Below, one piece after another: positions 24,701-39,300 of a DNA stretch of 64,000 bases (position 1 is the first letter of the stretch; each line of letters opens with the position of its first letter). The translations under genes and the position numbers were made by a program. Origin of the DNA: Pocillopora damicornis (taxonomy: Eukaryota); contig NW_020846609.1 in assembly GCF_003704095.1 (NCBI RefSeq), positions 1 to 64,000 of the forward strand, in the 5' to 3' direction. The notes under the pieces are model-generated. The model searched no databases and had not been told where the DNA came from. It saw only the letters and a program-made list of their open reading frames with translations.

Positions 24701-27700
24701 TGCAGGTTAATAACAGCATTTCAATGGGTTTCTGTTTAGCTCACAGGTAATCATTTATATACCTGAGCGACAAGAGACACCGTGGGGTTGAAGTGTCCTT
24801 GATAGAGGTGACCTTGGCTTGGGCTTAATCCTGGAGGTTTTGTNNNNNNNNNNNNNNNNNNNNNNNNNNNNNNNNNNNNNNNNNNNNNNNNNNNNNNNNN
24901 NNNNNNNNNNNNNNNNNNNNNNNNNNNNNNNNNNNNNNNNNNNGTGAGTGAGTGAGGTGTACATGTGTCCAGTGAGTGAGTGAGTGAGTGAGTGAGGTGT
25001 ACATGTGACCAATGAGTGAGTGAGTGAGGTGTACATGTGTCCAGTGAGTGAGTGAGGTGTACGTGTGTTCAGTGAGTGGGTGAGTGAGGTGTACATGTGT
25101 CTAGTGAGTGAGTGATTTGAAAAGGACTGAATGGTTAGCTTATCTGAATGAGTGAAACAAGGGTAAGATTGATGGAATGGACTGGCTTACTCATCAGCTA
25201 ATTGACTGACTGACTAACAGACTGACTTACTGATCAACTGTCAGACTGAGGGACTGATTGATCGATTTATGGACTGACTGACTAGCTGTCTAACTGACTG
25301 ATTGAATGTTTGACTGACTGAGATGAATGAGATTGCAAACCCTTAATTGAGTAGATAATTGAAAGAAACAAGTGAAGTCTGAATGAATGAATGAATGAAT
25401 GAATAGATAAATGACTATGTGTCTGAATAAGTAAACTATTCTAACTGTGGAGCTGCTGTGCAACTTTTTTCTGGAAAGGAATTAAATATTCAATAAAAAT
25501 TGATTTCTTATTTCTTTAGTCAACACCAGAGTCGTTATTTGTTCATCATGCCCAAAGCAACTTATTACCCAGTCACACATATAGCAACAATAGTGGAGGG
25601 GATCCACTGTGTATTCCTGACCTCACAGTAAGTATGATTTACAGTGTACTGTTGTTCCCATCCTGTATCACAGTTCTTGACTCTTTTTAAGGCTCACCAA
25701 CGAAAATGCTATAATCATAATGTCAACTCTGTTCTCTTACAAGATTAGTCATTTTCAGCTGGATGGAATGTTATAATTAGTTAGTTAATTAATGTGAGGG
25801 TGTAGTTGGCTATCTCTGAAATTACCATGCTGCAAGTATGACATTCTGTGATCTCTCTTTTTGACTTTTTTTTAGTGGCAACAGTTAAAAGATTTTCATG
25901 CCTCACACTATCATCCTAGTAATTCCAGGTACAATGTATTTTTTAATATCCAAATGGACTGCAGTATATCTTCCTTCCTTAGTTTTTTCTTATTCAATTT
26001 GGTAGTCTTCTCAGTTGCTGATTGTTTTGCATGTCATCATCTTTAAAACTCATTATTTGACATGATGAATTTTTTTTAACTTTGTTGAAATAGTTACCAT
26101 TTTAACTTCTGTGAGTGACCAAGGTGAAATCTCTCTTTACAACATCAATACAATAACAAGGAGACAAGTGTCAAGAATAAAGGAAAAAATATTGACAAGG
26201 GAATTATTGGTTGATCTAATATCAAATTCTCCCAAGTAACATTTTAAGAATTGCATGTGAGACAGTAAGGAGAATTACCAATGAGATCTTGGAAGTGAAA
26301 AGGTTTTAAAATGTAGCTGAACACTATCACTTGAAGTCTGTGGCAATTTTCCTTTTTTTTTTTCATTAAGGATAGCATAAATAATTGATGAAAAACTAAT
26401 CATTGTAACAATTATGAATTTCCAGGTTCTATACCTATGGAGACCTCCCCATAGAGAAAAATCTAGAAAATATTGAGACTAAAGTTTTACGCCATTTTGA
26501 CAAGATCTCTGTAACAACAGACATTCCACATGAACCACGCTGGTTAAAACCTGTAAGTATCAATAATGAAAAATTAAATTTATTACAAGAGGAGAGTTGC
26601 TATAAATTGATTTCATAGTGTGATCGCTATGTAAGGGGGGTGCTTCTAGTTTTCTGCAATGGGAATGGATTGTTGCAAATATCATTCTATCAATTTTTTT
26701 GGCTCCTTCTTAAGACAATTGTTCAGCCATTCTTTTCAACCATTCCATTTTCCAATTTTCCTTTCTTTCTGTTGTTTTTATCCTTTTTTCCATCATTAGT
26801 AAATAATTCCTCCAGTATTTGTAAATGTTTATAGGTGCAGAATAGAGCAGCTAAGTTTAGTGCTGCTGGTTCATAACCAAAGGGTGAGAATGTATTTTTT
26901 TCCTATTTTGTTGTTAACAGTTACTTTGTCACTAATATTTGATTATGATATTTTTGTGTCTTTTAGCGAGAAAAACATGTAACCTGCCCTGTTGATCCAA
27001 TGGCTGCAAATCCTGACAAGCAAACTACAGTGGGACTACATTATTTAACAGGAAGGTTTGTTAAGTCCTGGTCTTGATCAAGGAGTGTTTGTTGATCTAA
27101 GAAAATACTTGTGAGTTTCCAAGAGAAGTCATCTGAAAGAGACCTGAACATCTGAAAACAAGTCATAAAAATGTATTGTTGTTTCACTTAAACAGACTCG
27201 GCCTATTTTCTAGATATGTTATATCTATGAGAGATACATGTTGCTTACTTTATTATAAGCAAATCATTGTGCCTCTCAGTAGAGAGAGCCACTTGATAGA
27301 GTGCACACTAGTAATCAAGACTGAAAATTCTTGGCTTATTACACAGAATTCTTCAGCTAAATTTTGATGACCTGAGGTACTATCTATTTAGATTTTTAGA
27401 ATTTTTTACTTTCACTATACACCTTTCGCCTGCTAACACATTCTGTGATAAAAACCATGAAATATAATTTGAAGTTGACTTGATATTAATTCCATCCTCC
27501 TGAATACACATTATGATAATTATTGTCCTATCCACAGAACCACAGATGCATTTGATAATTTCTCCATGGTCATTTTATCTTCGCTTTTAATGAGTGGTCC
27601 AAACTCACCATTCTACAATTCCCTTATCACACCAAACATTGGCTCAGATTACTCACCAGGAGCAGGGTAAGTGGAATTAACAGCCCCTAGGGGGGGACCA

Positions 27701-30700
27701 CTTAAAACTTTAGTTGAACATGCTGATTAGAGTGGTGTGGTAGTGGGGTTCAAAATACAGAAGGTGAACCAGGAAACTCTTAAACACAAGTCTTTATATT
27801 AGGAAGTAAACTGGATTGAGCGTATGTGGAGCTTAATAAAAGGAGAGTTTATTATCATTGTTCTTTTGTTGATAAATTTTTAAACTTAAAAGTTTTCTAT
27901 GAGCATGTTGCAAGTGCTGAGAAGTCAGTAATGTTTAAGTTGTAATAATATGTTATCCTGCGACAGATTCTTGTAACTACTTATCAAAGAAATCTGTAGC
28001 TACTAGAAATGAGAATTGAGGGTAAGATCTTGGATATTAAAAAAAGGGTAACAAGTTCACTCTTATTTGTTGCAAATATATTTTAAAAAATATATCAGTC
28101 TATGATGTTTTTTAGCTGTAATTAGAAGAATGATTTTCTTTTTGCTGTTCACTGTAAATGTTCAATGCCTTACATTATTTTAGTTATTGTTTTGTGATGC
28201 AAAATAAATATGATTCTGTTTAAAAAAAAAGAGAGAGATTTCTAATGTTTCTAATGTCACGTGGTGGATTTCTCAAAGGTTTGATAATGGAACAAGAGAT
28301 GCTTCGTTTTCAATTGGTCTTCAAGGCATCAAGAAAGATGACTATGCAATGGTTGTTGAACAAATTCACAAGACATTTGATCAAGTTATTGAGTAAGTAA
28401 ATCATAAATAGTATATAGCTTTAAAAAGCACAAGATTGACTGAAATTAAACCCTCAGTCCTAAAACTAATAAGCCAAGAGACTTGCCAAGAGATTTGAAC
28501 TTTTTCTTGACCATTTTGTTTTGGGACCACTTGCTAATGTCAACAAGTCCTATTTAAGCTGTACAGAATTTTCATCATGACTGAGGGCCAAAAATTTTCC
28601 CATCAGACCCAACCAAACTCAGTCAAAAGTACATGATATGTGCTCCAACATACCTGTGCATTGTTTGCAGGGAAGGTTTTCCATCTGAGAGGGTGGAAGC
28701 AGCTCTTCACAGGGTGGAGCTAGCAACAAAACATCAGAGCAGTAACTTTGGACTAGGACTCATCACGGTAAATATTGTGATAGCCCTGTTACTCCAACCT
28801 GCAATGGACCAAAAAAAAGGTTTTTTCTCACATTTTTGAGTTGTAAGTTATTTTCATTATTTAATTTTTGTGGTTCATGCCACTGTTGCTCCATTTCTGT
28901 AAGTAATGTGCTACTAGTTAAGGAAGCTTGTATTTTATAAGCCCCATGGTTCCATGGGGGCTTCCTTGCCATTACTCTCCAAACTATAAAGTGTGGTATT
29001 TGTGGTTCTCTGGTGGCAAATATATATATAAAAAATTATTTTCTTGTAAAATATCAGCACATTTTCAAGAAGGAAAAGAAATAGTAACAAGGGGATCTAA
29101 GGTTGATTTTACACCAAATTCTCAGTGCTAGAATCGTTGGGAGAGCAATTATGACTGTGAGGAGAATTGCTATTTTGATGCTGGTAGTAAAACGGCTGAA
29201 TGTTTGATTCTTTGTATCTTTTTCATGATATTATGAACTGAGTCAGGATAGTGTGTGTTCATGTTTTGGTAGCTGGTAACTATTGTTGTTATTGCAAAGG
29301 AACTTTGAACCTGTTCTCTCTTATTATTGCGCGTCTGATACTAGTTCTAGTTCTTTTTGGCTCAACTAAATCGAAATTGAAAGAACTGGAATGAGTTGTA
29401 CTTTGAGAATCGTTAGGCTGGATTTGGATGTACTTCCTTTTTCAAACCGTACGCCATTTATCCTGCTAGATGTAATCAGATGTCTTTTTTTATTTTTTTT
29501 TGTTTTGTTTTGTTGTTGTTGTTTTGTTGTTGTTGTTGTTGTTGTTTTGTTTTGTTGTATGTGTACTGAAATGCCTCAGGTAACTTGATTAATTTGTTAA
29601 TTAAGACTTCGTAATGTTATGTTTCGTTCAGGGAATAATGTCAGCATGGAATCACGGAGCCGATCCATCTGAATATTTGCTGATTAATGACCATGTACAG
29701 CTGTTTAAGGTATGTGTGGTGCTGTGTGCGAAACAAATTTACCATCTTTCTTCTTCTAAAGTTCCTATCTTTCGATTTTTTTGTTTTGTTCCTTTAATTG
29801 ATCGTTTCAGTTCCCCTACAATTTCAACAACATTTGATAGTTTAATTTGCTTTCAGGAAAAACTAGCAAACGGACCATTTCTACAAGAAAAAGTGAAGGA
29901 GTGTTTTAAGGACAACCCACATTGCCTGACACTTGTTATGAATCCTGATGTAAGTACCGCTTTGGTGGCGCTTTATCAACCGACCTTATCGTTGATAAAA
30001 CCTGCAAGAATACTGACTCACTCACTCAGGGAGAATTTCAACAAACGATTTGGCGGTAATGTTGCCATCTTACTGCTTCGGGAAATGTGTTTTTCAGCTC
30101 ATTCATTGGAAACTAATGTTTTTGTGAGTAGGTAACATATATACTCTCATAGATGTTCACAAAATTAAAACTGGAGAAAAAATTTAATCAGCATTTTTTT
30201 CCGTGATATTTTCATTTCTTTGTACGGTTGAAGTGTTTTTCAGCGATACAAGTTTCATCAATAGACACAGATTAACAGCCAGAGATCTTTAGAACTTTTT
30301 CAAATTTCAAATTTTGCTTTCTTTCTAACTTTTTAACAGCCAGAGTATGAGGCAGAACTGAACAAGAAAGAAAAAGAAAAGTTACAAAGTAAAGTTAGTT
30401 GTTTATCTGAAGACGATAAAAGGAACATTTATCAAAAAGGTATGCGTATCTTTTCAAGTCATTATACGGGGGAGGGGGGGGGCTCAACGGAGTTAGCCGA
30501 TAGTCGTAAAACGGCCAAAAAAATTAGCCGTTAGGCGTAAAATGGCCAAAATTTGAACCATTAGCCGTAAAAGCCATCACCCCATAGCAACTTTTGTGAG
30601 GTTTGACATCTTGTTCCTCCAGCTACTGAAGAGGTTCTCAACCCACAGTTGAAGAACGGGAGTAGACAACAAAGATAAACAACGGCCTGCCATAACCAAA

Positions 30701-33700
30701 AGTTTAATTCAAAGTCAGTTCAATGATCTCCACATCTCACCCCCTTCTTAGTTCATTTTCCGAGTCGAGTGTAGTGGCTCACATCCTCTTTGTTTGCTCA
30801 TTGTCAGGTATTGAACTGGCTGAACAACAGAATACTGTTGAAGATGTGTCCTGTCTGCCGAAGATGGCGATTTCTGGCAAGTGGTTCTTTTCATTTGTTT
30901 ATTTCTGTTAAGTGTCAAGAAAATTTCCTTACTTACTCATCTATAAGTTGACAATCATTTTTTTTCCAATCATTTTTTTATTTACAGATATTGATTCTGA
31001 AGTTAAGCCAGTTAAGTTAGAACATTATATATCCGGTAAGTTTAGAATAATAATACTCTAGGTTGTGTTAAGGTATTTTTGTAAGTAAGGAACCACTTAC
31101 ACCATACACAATACAGGTAGAATCTGGAACTGAAATTATTGTGACGTGTGTTCGCTTCCAGCTGGAGTCCCTGTGCAGTATTGTGAACAACCCACCAATG
31201 GGATTACATATTTTCGCGCAATTTCCAGCATTACCGATATACCAGAGGATTTACGGCAATACCTGCCTCTCTTCTGCTTCATTTTAACCAAGTGAGTACT
31301 TCAATGATGTCACACTGTGAACTAACATTTTCGTCTTTCTTGTATAAACGCGATGTGTAGGCGAAGTTCGTGAAGTGACGACTATGTGTGTGTGTATTTT
31401 TTTTCTAACTAGAAACTTCTCTTGGTTGTAGAATGGGTGCTGGTAACCTCAGCTACCGTGAACTGTCTCAGCTGATAGAGATGAGAACAGGAGGCATGGG
31501 CCTATCAACACACGTGTCCTCTCACCATAGTGACATGAAAGCGTTTGAACAGGGTCTTTCCTTTTCCTCTCACTGTCTTGACAAGAACCTCCCTCACATG
31601 TTTTACTTGTGGGGAGAAATATTTTCCAGGTTTGTGCTTTAAATTTAAAGTCCTGCCTCAATGTTATGATGAGAAGTCGACACTTTGGTTACTTTTGTCC
31701 AAAATTTATTGCAGACCTACATTAAACGACCTTGAACGTCTGCGCACACTCATTAATATGCTCGCCTCAGACTTGGCGATGTCTGTTGCCCACTCGGGAC
31801 ACTTGTATGCGATGGCACTCGCCTCTAGTTTCCTGTCTCCCGCGGCACACCTCAGTGAGCAGTTTTCAGGACTTTCTCAGGTATGCATCTTATAATGAAC
31901 TTCTTGTTAAGCACAGGTAGGAACTAACACGTGTTTGACGATTTGGAAGTAAAGATAACTCTACTGCGAAAAAAATGAAACAGTGAGATTGTTGGCATCA
32001 TTTAGGACAACATATGNNNNNNNNNNNNNNNNNNNNNNNNNNNNNNNNNNNNNNNNNNNNNNNNNNNNNNNNNNNNNNNNNNNNNNNNNNNNNNNNNNNN
32101 NNNNNNNNNNNNNNNNNNNNNNNNNNNNNNNNNNNNNNNNNNNNNNNNNNNNNNNNNNNNNNNNNNNNNNNNNNNNNNNNNNNNNNNNNNNNNNNNNNNN
32201 NNNNNNNNNNNNNNNNNNNNNNNNNNNNNNNNNNNNNNNNNNNNNNNNNNNNNNNNNNNNNNNNNNNNNNNNNNNNNNNNNNNNNNNNNNNNNNNNNNNN
32301 NNNNNNNNNNNNNNNNNNNNNNNNNNNNAGTAATGCTCCTAGTCGCTTCATGCTATGGATACCGTTATGCGTTCTGGCTGGATGGTCCGTTCGAGTACAG
32401 ACCTTTACGTTTTAGTCTCCTGAGTTTGTACTTCTGTTGCCACTATAGATTGTAAAGGCGATTTTTAGAGTCCCTCGCGTAGTTGATGCTGACCGAGTTG
32501 TGTTTACCTCCAGATGCGCAGTTAACACAACAGCTCAAGAACGACAAGCAGTGGAAAATGCTTTGGAAGGTTTCTGTGATTCGCTGTCCAGTAGTTTATT
32601 CGAAGAGTCGTCTCATGTTCAGGTATGCTTCTAAAGTAGACTGGAGTAAAGCAGATTTTAAGCTAGGAAGGAGCTGCAAGTCTTGAATTATTCGACAAAA
32701 GTACATGTACTCAGCACAAAAACAAAGATGGCGATTGCGTGATCAAATGTAGATTTTAGGCCAAAAAAATCATGGGAAATCTTCACTAAAGAAGAGTTAA
32801 CTCAGTCATCACTGCTTTAGCTTTCATTCAACCCATTAACTCCTTATATCCGAAGTGTAATTCTCTTTTCTAACAGCCGTAAATTTCCATGTAAATGAAC
32901 TAAGAAAATTTGATGTTATCAGTATATCAGATATCAGTCAATGAGTTTTTTATTCGAATCACCTCTTTGCTGGACAGTGTATCGGAGAACATTGGCCTAA
33001 CAACAGGGTTGTTTTTTATAGCACCCAGACTACACGCCATCTGCAGTGAAGACCCATTATGAGGTACCTCTCCCAGTTAATTACATAAGCAGGTGCCTAC
33101 CCACAGTGCCCTACACACATGAGGACCATCCTAAGTAAGTCCGAGATTTATGTCCCTCGCTAATTCAAGTGTCAGAAGTGCTGGTTTAAAAAAAAGATTT
33201 CAAGCAACGTTTACGCGGAAAGACAACTGGCAAGAACTGGACTTTTTTTCCACTCTTAGGGTATAAGTAGATCTTTAGAAAGTTTAGAGATCTAAAAAGG
33301 TGAATGAATTTGCGAAACAGTAACGATTTTGAGGAAAAAGTTACCCTATTATTGGCCGTCGAATTTACACAGGCGACTGTATGAACCGGATAGCTTTTTG
33401 GAACACTTTCCGGGATTTCATTCATAGGTTTAGTTGGAAGTTCCCATGTCACATTATAGCAATAGTTTGTTTCATAGTGTCCAGCCCTCTTCCTTATTAA
33501 CCCGGTCCAAACTGAACCTCTACGTTTACTTGTCTACGCGCTCTTTTTACTTACCTTTTACCTTGTCTTGCTTCACTTTCACCCTATCTAGATTAAGAAT
33601 TTTGGCCAAACTCCTCTCGGCGAAGTTTCTTCACCGCGAAATAAGGTACAGTTTTAAACCGCCAACAAACTGATGTAAAAACAACCATCGCAGATATTTT

Positions 33701-35065
33701 GAACAGAAAGTTTTGTTCATTATATTTTTATGCAGTTTCTACCCCCGTCTGTTTCTACAATCCTGTCTGAAGTTCTTTCTTGTAGGAAATCTCAAAGTTT
33801 TGGATCTAAGGAGCAGCAGCAATTTTCTTTTTTGTGAAGTGGAGATTATTTCGAAAGTCTGTTTCTGAGACAGAATTTCGTCTCCCTTAAGACGTCAAGC
33901 ACACTCAGATTGGTTTGAATTGAAGGGCTGATTGCGTCCGTACAATTAGTTTCACTGACTTGTTTCGAAGAAGTACGCGTCGAAGCGGTTCATCGCACAG
34001 ACCTTTCGAAGTGACTAGTAGCTTCTTGTGTCCCGATCATAAAACGTGGCTCAAATTTCTGCAGGTACAATCAAGCAAATTCGGTGTGATGTTTATTATT
34101 TTGTTTCCGTTTTTTCAGGGAGAAAGGTGGAGCGTATGGCAGTGGTGCTAAGATGGGAGGCGGTATCTTCTCATTCTACTCCTACAGGTAAACCTGCGCG
34201 TTTTTTGTGAGGTGTGCTTACGTTGCTTATTTAGACAGACCGCTTTACAAAGGATTGGGGCAGGTGATCTTCGTTGTAAATGATCTTTTTCCTAGTGAGA
34301 AGCGATAGCTTCTGGCGAAGACTCTGCAGCATTAGTTATAAATTTGCAAGGTCTGTTTTTCGTTATTTTGCCCTCCATAAATTTCATACAATCTCCATAA
34401 ACTCTTCAGTCTTTTTACCTCTACCTGATTGACGGCGCCTTTTTTTTTGCAGAGATCCTAATTTCGAAGGTACGCTGTCAGCCTTTGAGGACTCCATTCA
34501 GTGGGCGCTTGAGGGAAAGTTTACAGACCAAGACATTGAGGAAGCAAAGCTTTCTGTTTTCGCCGAAGTAAGCATCAGATACGACTTTACTTCAAGAGCA
34601 TTCGCAGAAACTTTCGTGACTTATTTATCTTCATGGTCTGTTCAAGCCGACCAATCAGAAAATCAGTTACAGTAAATGAAGTGTTTATCGAGTGGTATTC
34701 ACTGGATAACTCCAGCTGATTCTAATGCACTTATATCCTCTCAGGTCGACAAACCAGTATCACCAAGCAACCGAGGCATGCTGTACTTTACTCAAGGTGT
34801 GACAGATGAAATGCGCCAGGCAAACAGAGACCGGCTGTTTAACGTGACCAGGGATGACGTCATTCACGTGGCACGCACGTGAGTATCGCAAGTTTCAGAT
34901 AGGTTATCCAACATGTTTTACGTGTTGTCCTGTTGATAATGGTATGTTCGTTTTAGGTACTTGGCCTCCTCAGACGTTCCCAATGCAGTAGCAGTGCTAG
35001 GGCCTGGAAACAACCTTACAGCCAATGATAGTTCGTGGATTGTAAGAAGAGAAAGCTTGAGCTGA
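21737..35065 (+). CDS. PITRM1: Mitochondrial presequence protease (pitrilysin metallopeptidase 1, M16C); many exons, some lost in assembly gaps
   Basis: First exon 21737-21801 ([22 protein letters not shown], transit-peptide-like). Inverted zinc-binding motif HILEH in [50 protein letters not shown] (23552-23703). Also SGGDP (~25590), HYHPSNS (~25905), GPNSPFY (~27595), [10 protein letters not shown] (~31185), HREIR|EKGGAYG (33635/34119) and SYR|DP. Stop TGA at 35063-35065. The expected EGWRLE/GVVFNEMKG exon(s) are not visible and probably lie in gap 24844-24943. Confidence 0.96.
24944..25410. repeat. Minisatellite (GTGA)n-GGTGTACATGTGTCCA followed by degenerate (GACT)n/(GAAT)n microsatellites
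   Basis: Directly visible tandem units next to the N gap. Confidence 0.9.
26096..26305. mobile_element. piggyBac-like MITE, diverged copy (further partial copies near 3330-3545, 22100-22280, 27950-28030, 32830-32990)
   Basis: Collinear similarity with 2377-2579 (GAGTGACCAAG, ACAACATCA, GGAGACAAGTG, GAGAATTAC, GAGATCTTGGAAGTGAAA). Confidence 0.7.
30877..30987 (+). other. GC-AG intron in PITRM1
   Basis: Donor TG|GCAAGT, acceptor TTTACAG|. Splicing yields the conserved-looking [16 protein letters not shown]. Confidence 0.8.
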
Positions 35066-36389
35066 TTTCGACATCGCTGTAGGATTACTGTGACATATTC
35101 TAAATGGGCGTCCATGATTAAAGACCGCAACTGGAGATCACTGTTGGCAACTAGGATACACATTCACTCTGTTGGGTATGGTGAATGAGCGTTCGAAACC
35201 TAAGGAGGTGGTGCCAGGAGAGGAATGGAAATATCGATGAAAAGCCCCCCTTCCCCCCTACTACTCATCAGCACACGTCGTGAACAAGATTTAAGCTGAG
35301 AGTGAATGAAGCTTCTCTCAGAAATGTCGACGAGACAGATTTGACTTGTTATCCGTCTTCAAGCAAATCTAGCTTGAAAACAATGTCCAAATGCAGTTCG
35401 TAGACCAATTCCTGATTATCCGCCACACAAGAATTCTCCGTTTGATGATAAACGTGATACCAGATCAAGCCACCATAACACGCCTGATTATTTGCTACTC
35501 TAACTTGAGAAACTGAATTTGTTTCTAACCGTTCTGTCTTCTTCAAGAAATAAAGTTGAAAAACGAGACGACTGATGAATTCTCTCTTTATTCACACGGC
35601 CATTGGAAGTAAAGCAATAAAGGAAATATTCTCCTTTTTAATCAAACCAAGGTAATTTTCATACAGAATGTCACAACTGCAGGAATTCATGCTTTTTGCG
35701 AAGATGGATGCATTTAAAAAAATCTGACTCGATTACGCGTTTAAGAAACCTTGTGTTATGAAACATTTAGTTATTTAGTAAATGGTTATTTAATTTTCTT
35801 TTATATTTAGAAAGTATTTAATGTATGAATTCGATTTCCGAAGTTATTTAGGTTTGAGCTGTCGTGATGAGTTTCCGAATTGTGACAGCCTCTTCTAACT
35901 CAGTTTGTTTACAGTCCTTGCTATTACTGCTGTCAAACGAGTGTCTGAAAAATAACGATGACGGGTTTTTTTTTTTGCTCGGAAAAAAATCTAGTCTACA
36001 AAGTATGAAATTTGAAAAATAGGCGTCAACAAAAAAATGTGCTAGTGATACTGACTTCCCATTGCGACTTTGCGCTAAAAGTGCGGAATTCATCATCCTA
36101 AGGAAACTTGGAAGTATGGTATAGATTAGGTATCGGGAATGAATTATCCCTTATCGCTCGATAGCACCTTGGAAACCCTTGTCTTGCTTAATATCGCAAC
36201 AAATTTGATTACACTTTTAGAGGAAAAGAAGCCTTTGGCAAGAAGCCTATCTTTGCTTACTACGCATTTGATAACTGGCGAGGTTAAAGACCTCTTGTCA
36301 ATACCTTTTTCTTTCAAAAAGCACAAAAAAAAAACCTTTCAAAGAGCATCTAATATTACGAGCCAGAGTGACAAAAACAGGGTCCGAAC

Positions 36390-39300
36390 ATGGAGCGTTT
36401 CCAGTTGGTACATATGTTGTGCTGTACCTTTCTTTACTTCACTGTGAACGCAAAATTACAATCTCAAGTAAGCCTAGTTAATGAATTGATTGTAATGAAC
36501 ATTCAATAACTTTCATGGTGAAGCTTAAGTCTCTGAGACCATGCCTCTTGCAATCCTTCCGTTGTTCCTTTTCCTAACACACGGCCGGCTAAAATTGGTC
36601 TCATTTGTCTATCAGCCGTGAATAACCACGAGTATCTGGAACTATCTATTCCGACCTCAAATTCAGTCGTGAACAAAGTAGTAAACTCATTCTTATTTTT
36701 GCAACTGAGAGAATGGAGACTGATGGGTTTCTTTGATCTAAAAGGCGCATTTCATGAGTTGTCAACACTGCACACCTCGCTTCGTTAGAACGCAACGTTT
36801 GTATTAGGATGGTGAGTCGGTAAAGGTATGAAGAGATATGTCACTATGTTCGGCAAACACAGTTGATGAATGTGTGCTCAATTCTGAATCTCTTGGCAGA
36901 AATATTTTCAGAAAAGGTCCATCGCCATATGACTGGTTTCGCACAAATGGATTAAATACAAGGTTTATTGAGAAAGAGACCATCTTTACAAAAACCTTGA
37001 ACTGACGCTTAAAAGTGAAAGAAAGGCAGACATTTTCCTCGCTTAATTTTTTTCATTCAATCTCTCGAGTCCATGCACTTTATCAAAGGAGTCATTTACG
37101 CCTACCGTCCAGATGTTATTATGACCACAATTGTACCGTTATCTAAGGTTGTCGCGACCATACACGCAGGAGAGCACGTGTTTATCTCAGCAAACATTTC
37201 AAAACTTCTAACACAAGGAGGTGGCCCAATGTTTTCTCTCATGAGGAATTAATTGTCTTAAGATTTACTAAATTTGAGACATTTCGTATCAATTTTATTT
37301 ATGCCGGGAACTTCACCCTAGAAAGTGTTAATAGACAGCTTTCCGTGCTTATAAAGACATAATTTTTCTGGGTCGAATCCCACTCGATTTGTTTGCACTT
37401 GCGTGCGCATTCCACTTAAAAAGGTATGCCACGCCCCTTGCGTTTGGCAGAATAAAATTTACCCCCCTCACGAAAAAAAGTGACATTTGACCGCAAGTAA
37501 AAAGAGCATGAGCTGTTTAGAGCTTCCCACGTGCTTTCAAATTCAAGACCTCCAAAGGCTGTCGGGATAGAACACAATAAGCAAAAGTTATTGAAAACTT
37601 CCTTCACAAGACCACACACGATTTCCTTTTGTAAAATGGCGATACATATTTACTCTTAATGATTGGTTTATCCCACCAATGCAATGTAAAAAAATAAACC
37701 ATAAATTACGCAACTCATCTTTTTAAATCAGGTTTCCTGTGGTTGCCATGGAAGGGATGGGCGTGATGGTAAGTTTCCTTTTTTTCGTGTTAAAAAGCTG
37801 TAATGTGATAGACATAACGTCAGGGTATCAAAGAGCGCTTTTCATTCAACTAATTTTATTCTTGTTTTTTCGTCACCATGTTCCCACCAATAGCATAGCG
37901 TAGCTCCATTTTCTGCATATATACACACACACAACTCACAATTCCTCCACTCGCTATGATGAAGGGCTAACGCTCGAAACGTCAGCTTTGAAACTCTTTA
38001 TGGTGGCCAATTTACGTCATCAACTCAGTTGTTAATACTTAACTACCCTGTTATACTCTCCCACCGACGCATGCAGCACCACAGTTTCTCTAGAAGCTTA
38101 CTCCTTTTATTCATTTGTAGTGTGATACGTCAGTCAGTTCAAGATACCTATATATGTGATAAATAAACATTACAATTCGCTTTTTCATTTGATTTCTGAT
38201 TTCATCTCCTCTCTCTCTTGTTAATTATATTAAAATAAAAGTGCCAATCAAATTCAAGGACATACAGCTTGATAATGATTATGGTGAAATGTTTTTCCTC
38301 TCATAGGAAGAGATGGCTTGAGTGGAAGGGATGGTGTTAAGGTTAGAGATTTTTTTAATTTAAACATACTTTTGATTGTTTTCCCCAAAAGCACCTCGGC
38401 TTAACGAGGGGGATTACAATGTAACAAATTTTGATTTAATCTATTCAGGCTCACACCTCAACAAACACACAAACAACACACCAAATGTGATAAGATCCAG
38501 TTTAACTTACTAAGCTAGGGATATATCATTTAACCCTCTAAGTCCCAGATCAAATTTGCAATTCTCCTTACTATCAACCATACAATTCTTGTAATGTTAG
38601 TTCAGAGAATTCAGTATTGGATCAACTAATTATTCCCAAATTGATATTTTTTTTTACTCTCAACACCTATCTGATTGATATTGTATTGCTATTGTAAAGA
38701 GAACTTATCTCTTGGTCCCTAATGGGAGTTAAAGGGTTAAGGCAATTAAACAATGGCTACCAAAAAGCGATTAGTATTGTTTATAAACTTTCCTACTTCG
38801 CGAAAAAAAGTACATTTGATGTCGTAATTTACAGACCCAACATCATACAATAAAAAATTAGTTTCCTTGCATCGCTGCTCGATGACCATGTTTCACCAAG
38901 AATATTAGCAGCAGAGGTAAGGACGTTGCGTTGAGCGACATACCTTGGGCAATACAAGAAAATGCGTTTCACCGATTCGCCAAGTTTTCTCTTGATTTGA
39001 GACGGAAATGTGTACGTTCAGTAGATATTTTGGGCAATAGTTCAGTTAGATAACGTGGAGTAAGATTCTTGGCTATCTTGTAAAATTGGCTTAATTCATG
39101 TGGTTCTTTCCTAATACTAAGAGGCTCCCGAGCAAGTCCGTGATGTAACTTCGCAGAACTTCTGTTTACAATATTTATCCACAGTTATCCCGTTGTTTTA
39201 CTTTCGTTCCAATTGTGAATCCCGATTGCTGCCTACTTCGCTATCTATATATCTATGTATTTGCTTACCTATTCATTTGATTGTTCAATTTTCTGTGTGG

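Noticed and set aside
24755-25096. ORF with [12 protein letters not shown] repeats
   Set aside because: Translation of a minisatellite next to an N gap.
24530-25519. Apparent loss of conserved PITRM1 exons (possible pseudogene)
   Set aside because: The missing segments coincide with N gaps, and the visible exons I translated are intact.
31983-32415. ORFs spanning X runs (also 45876-46175)
   Set aside because: Artefacts of assembly gaps.
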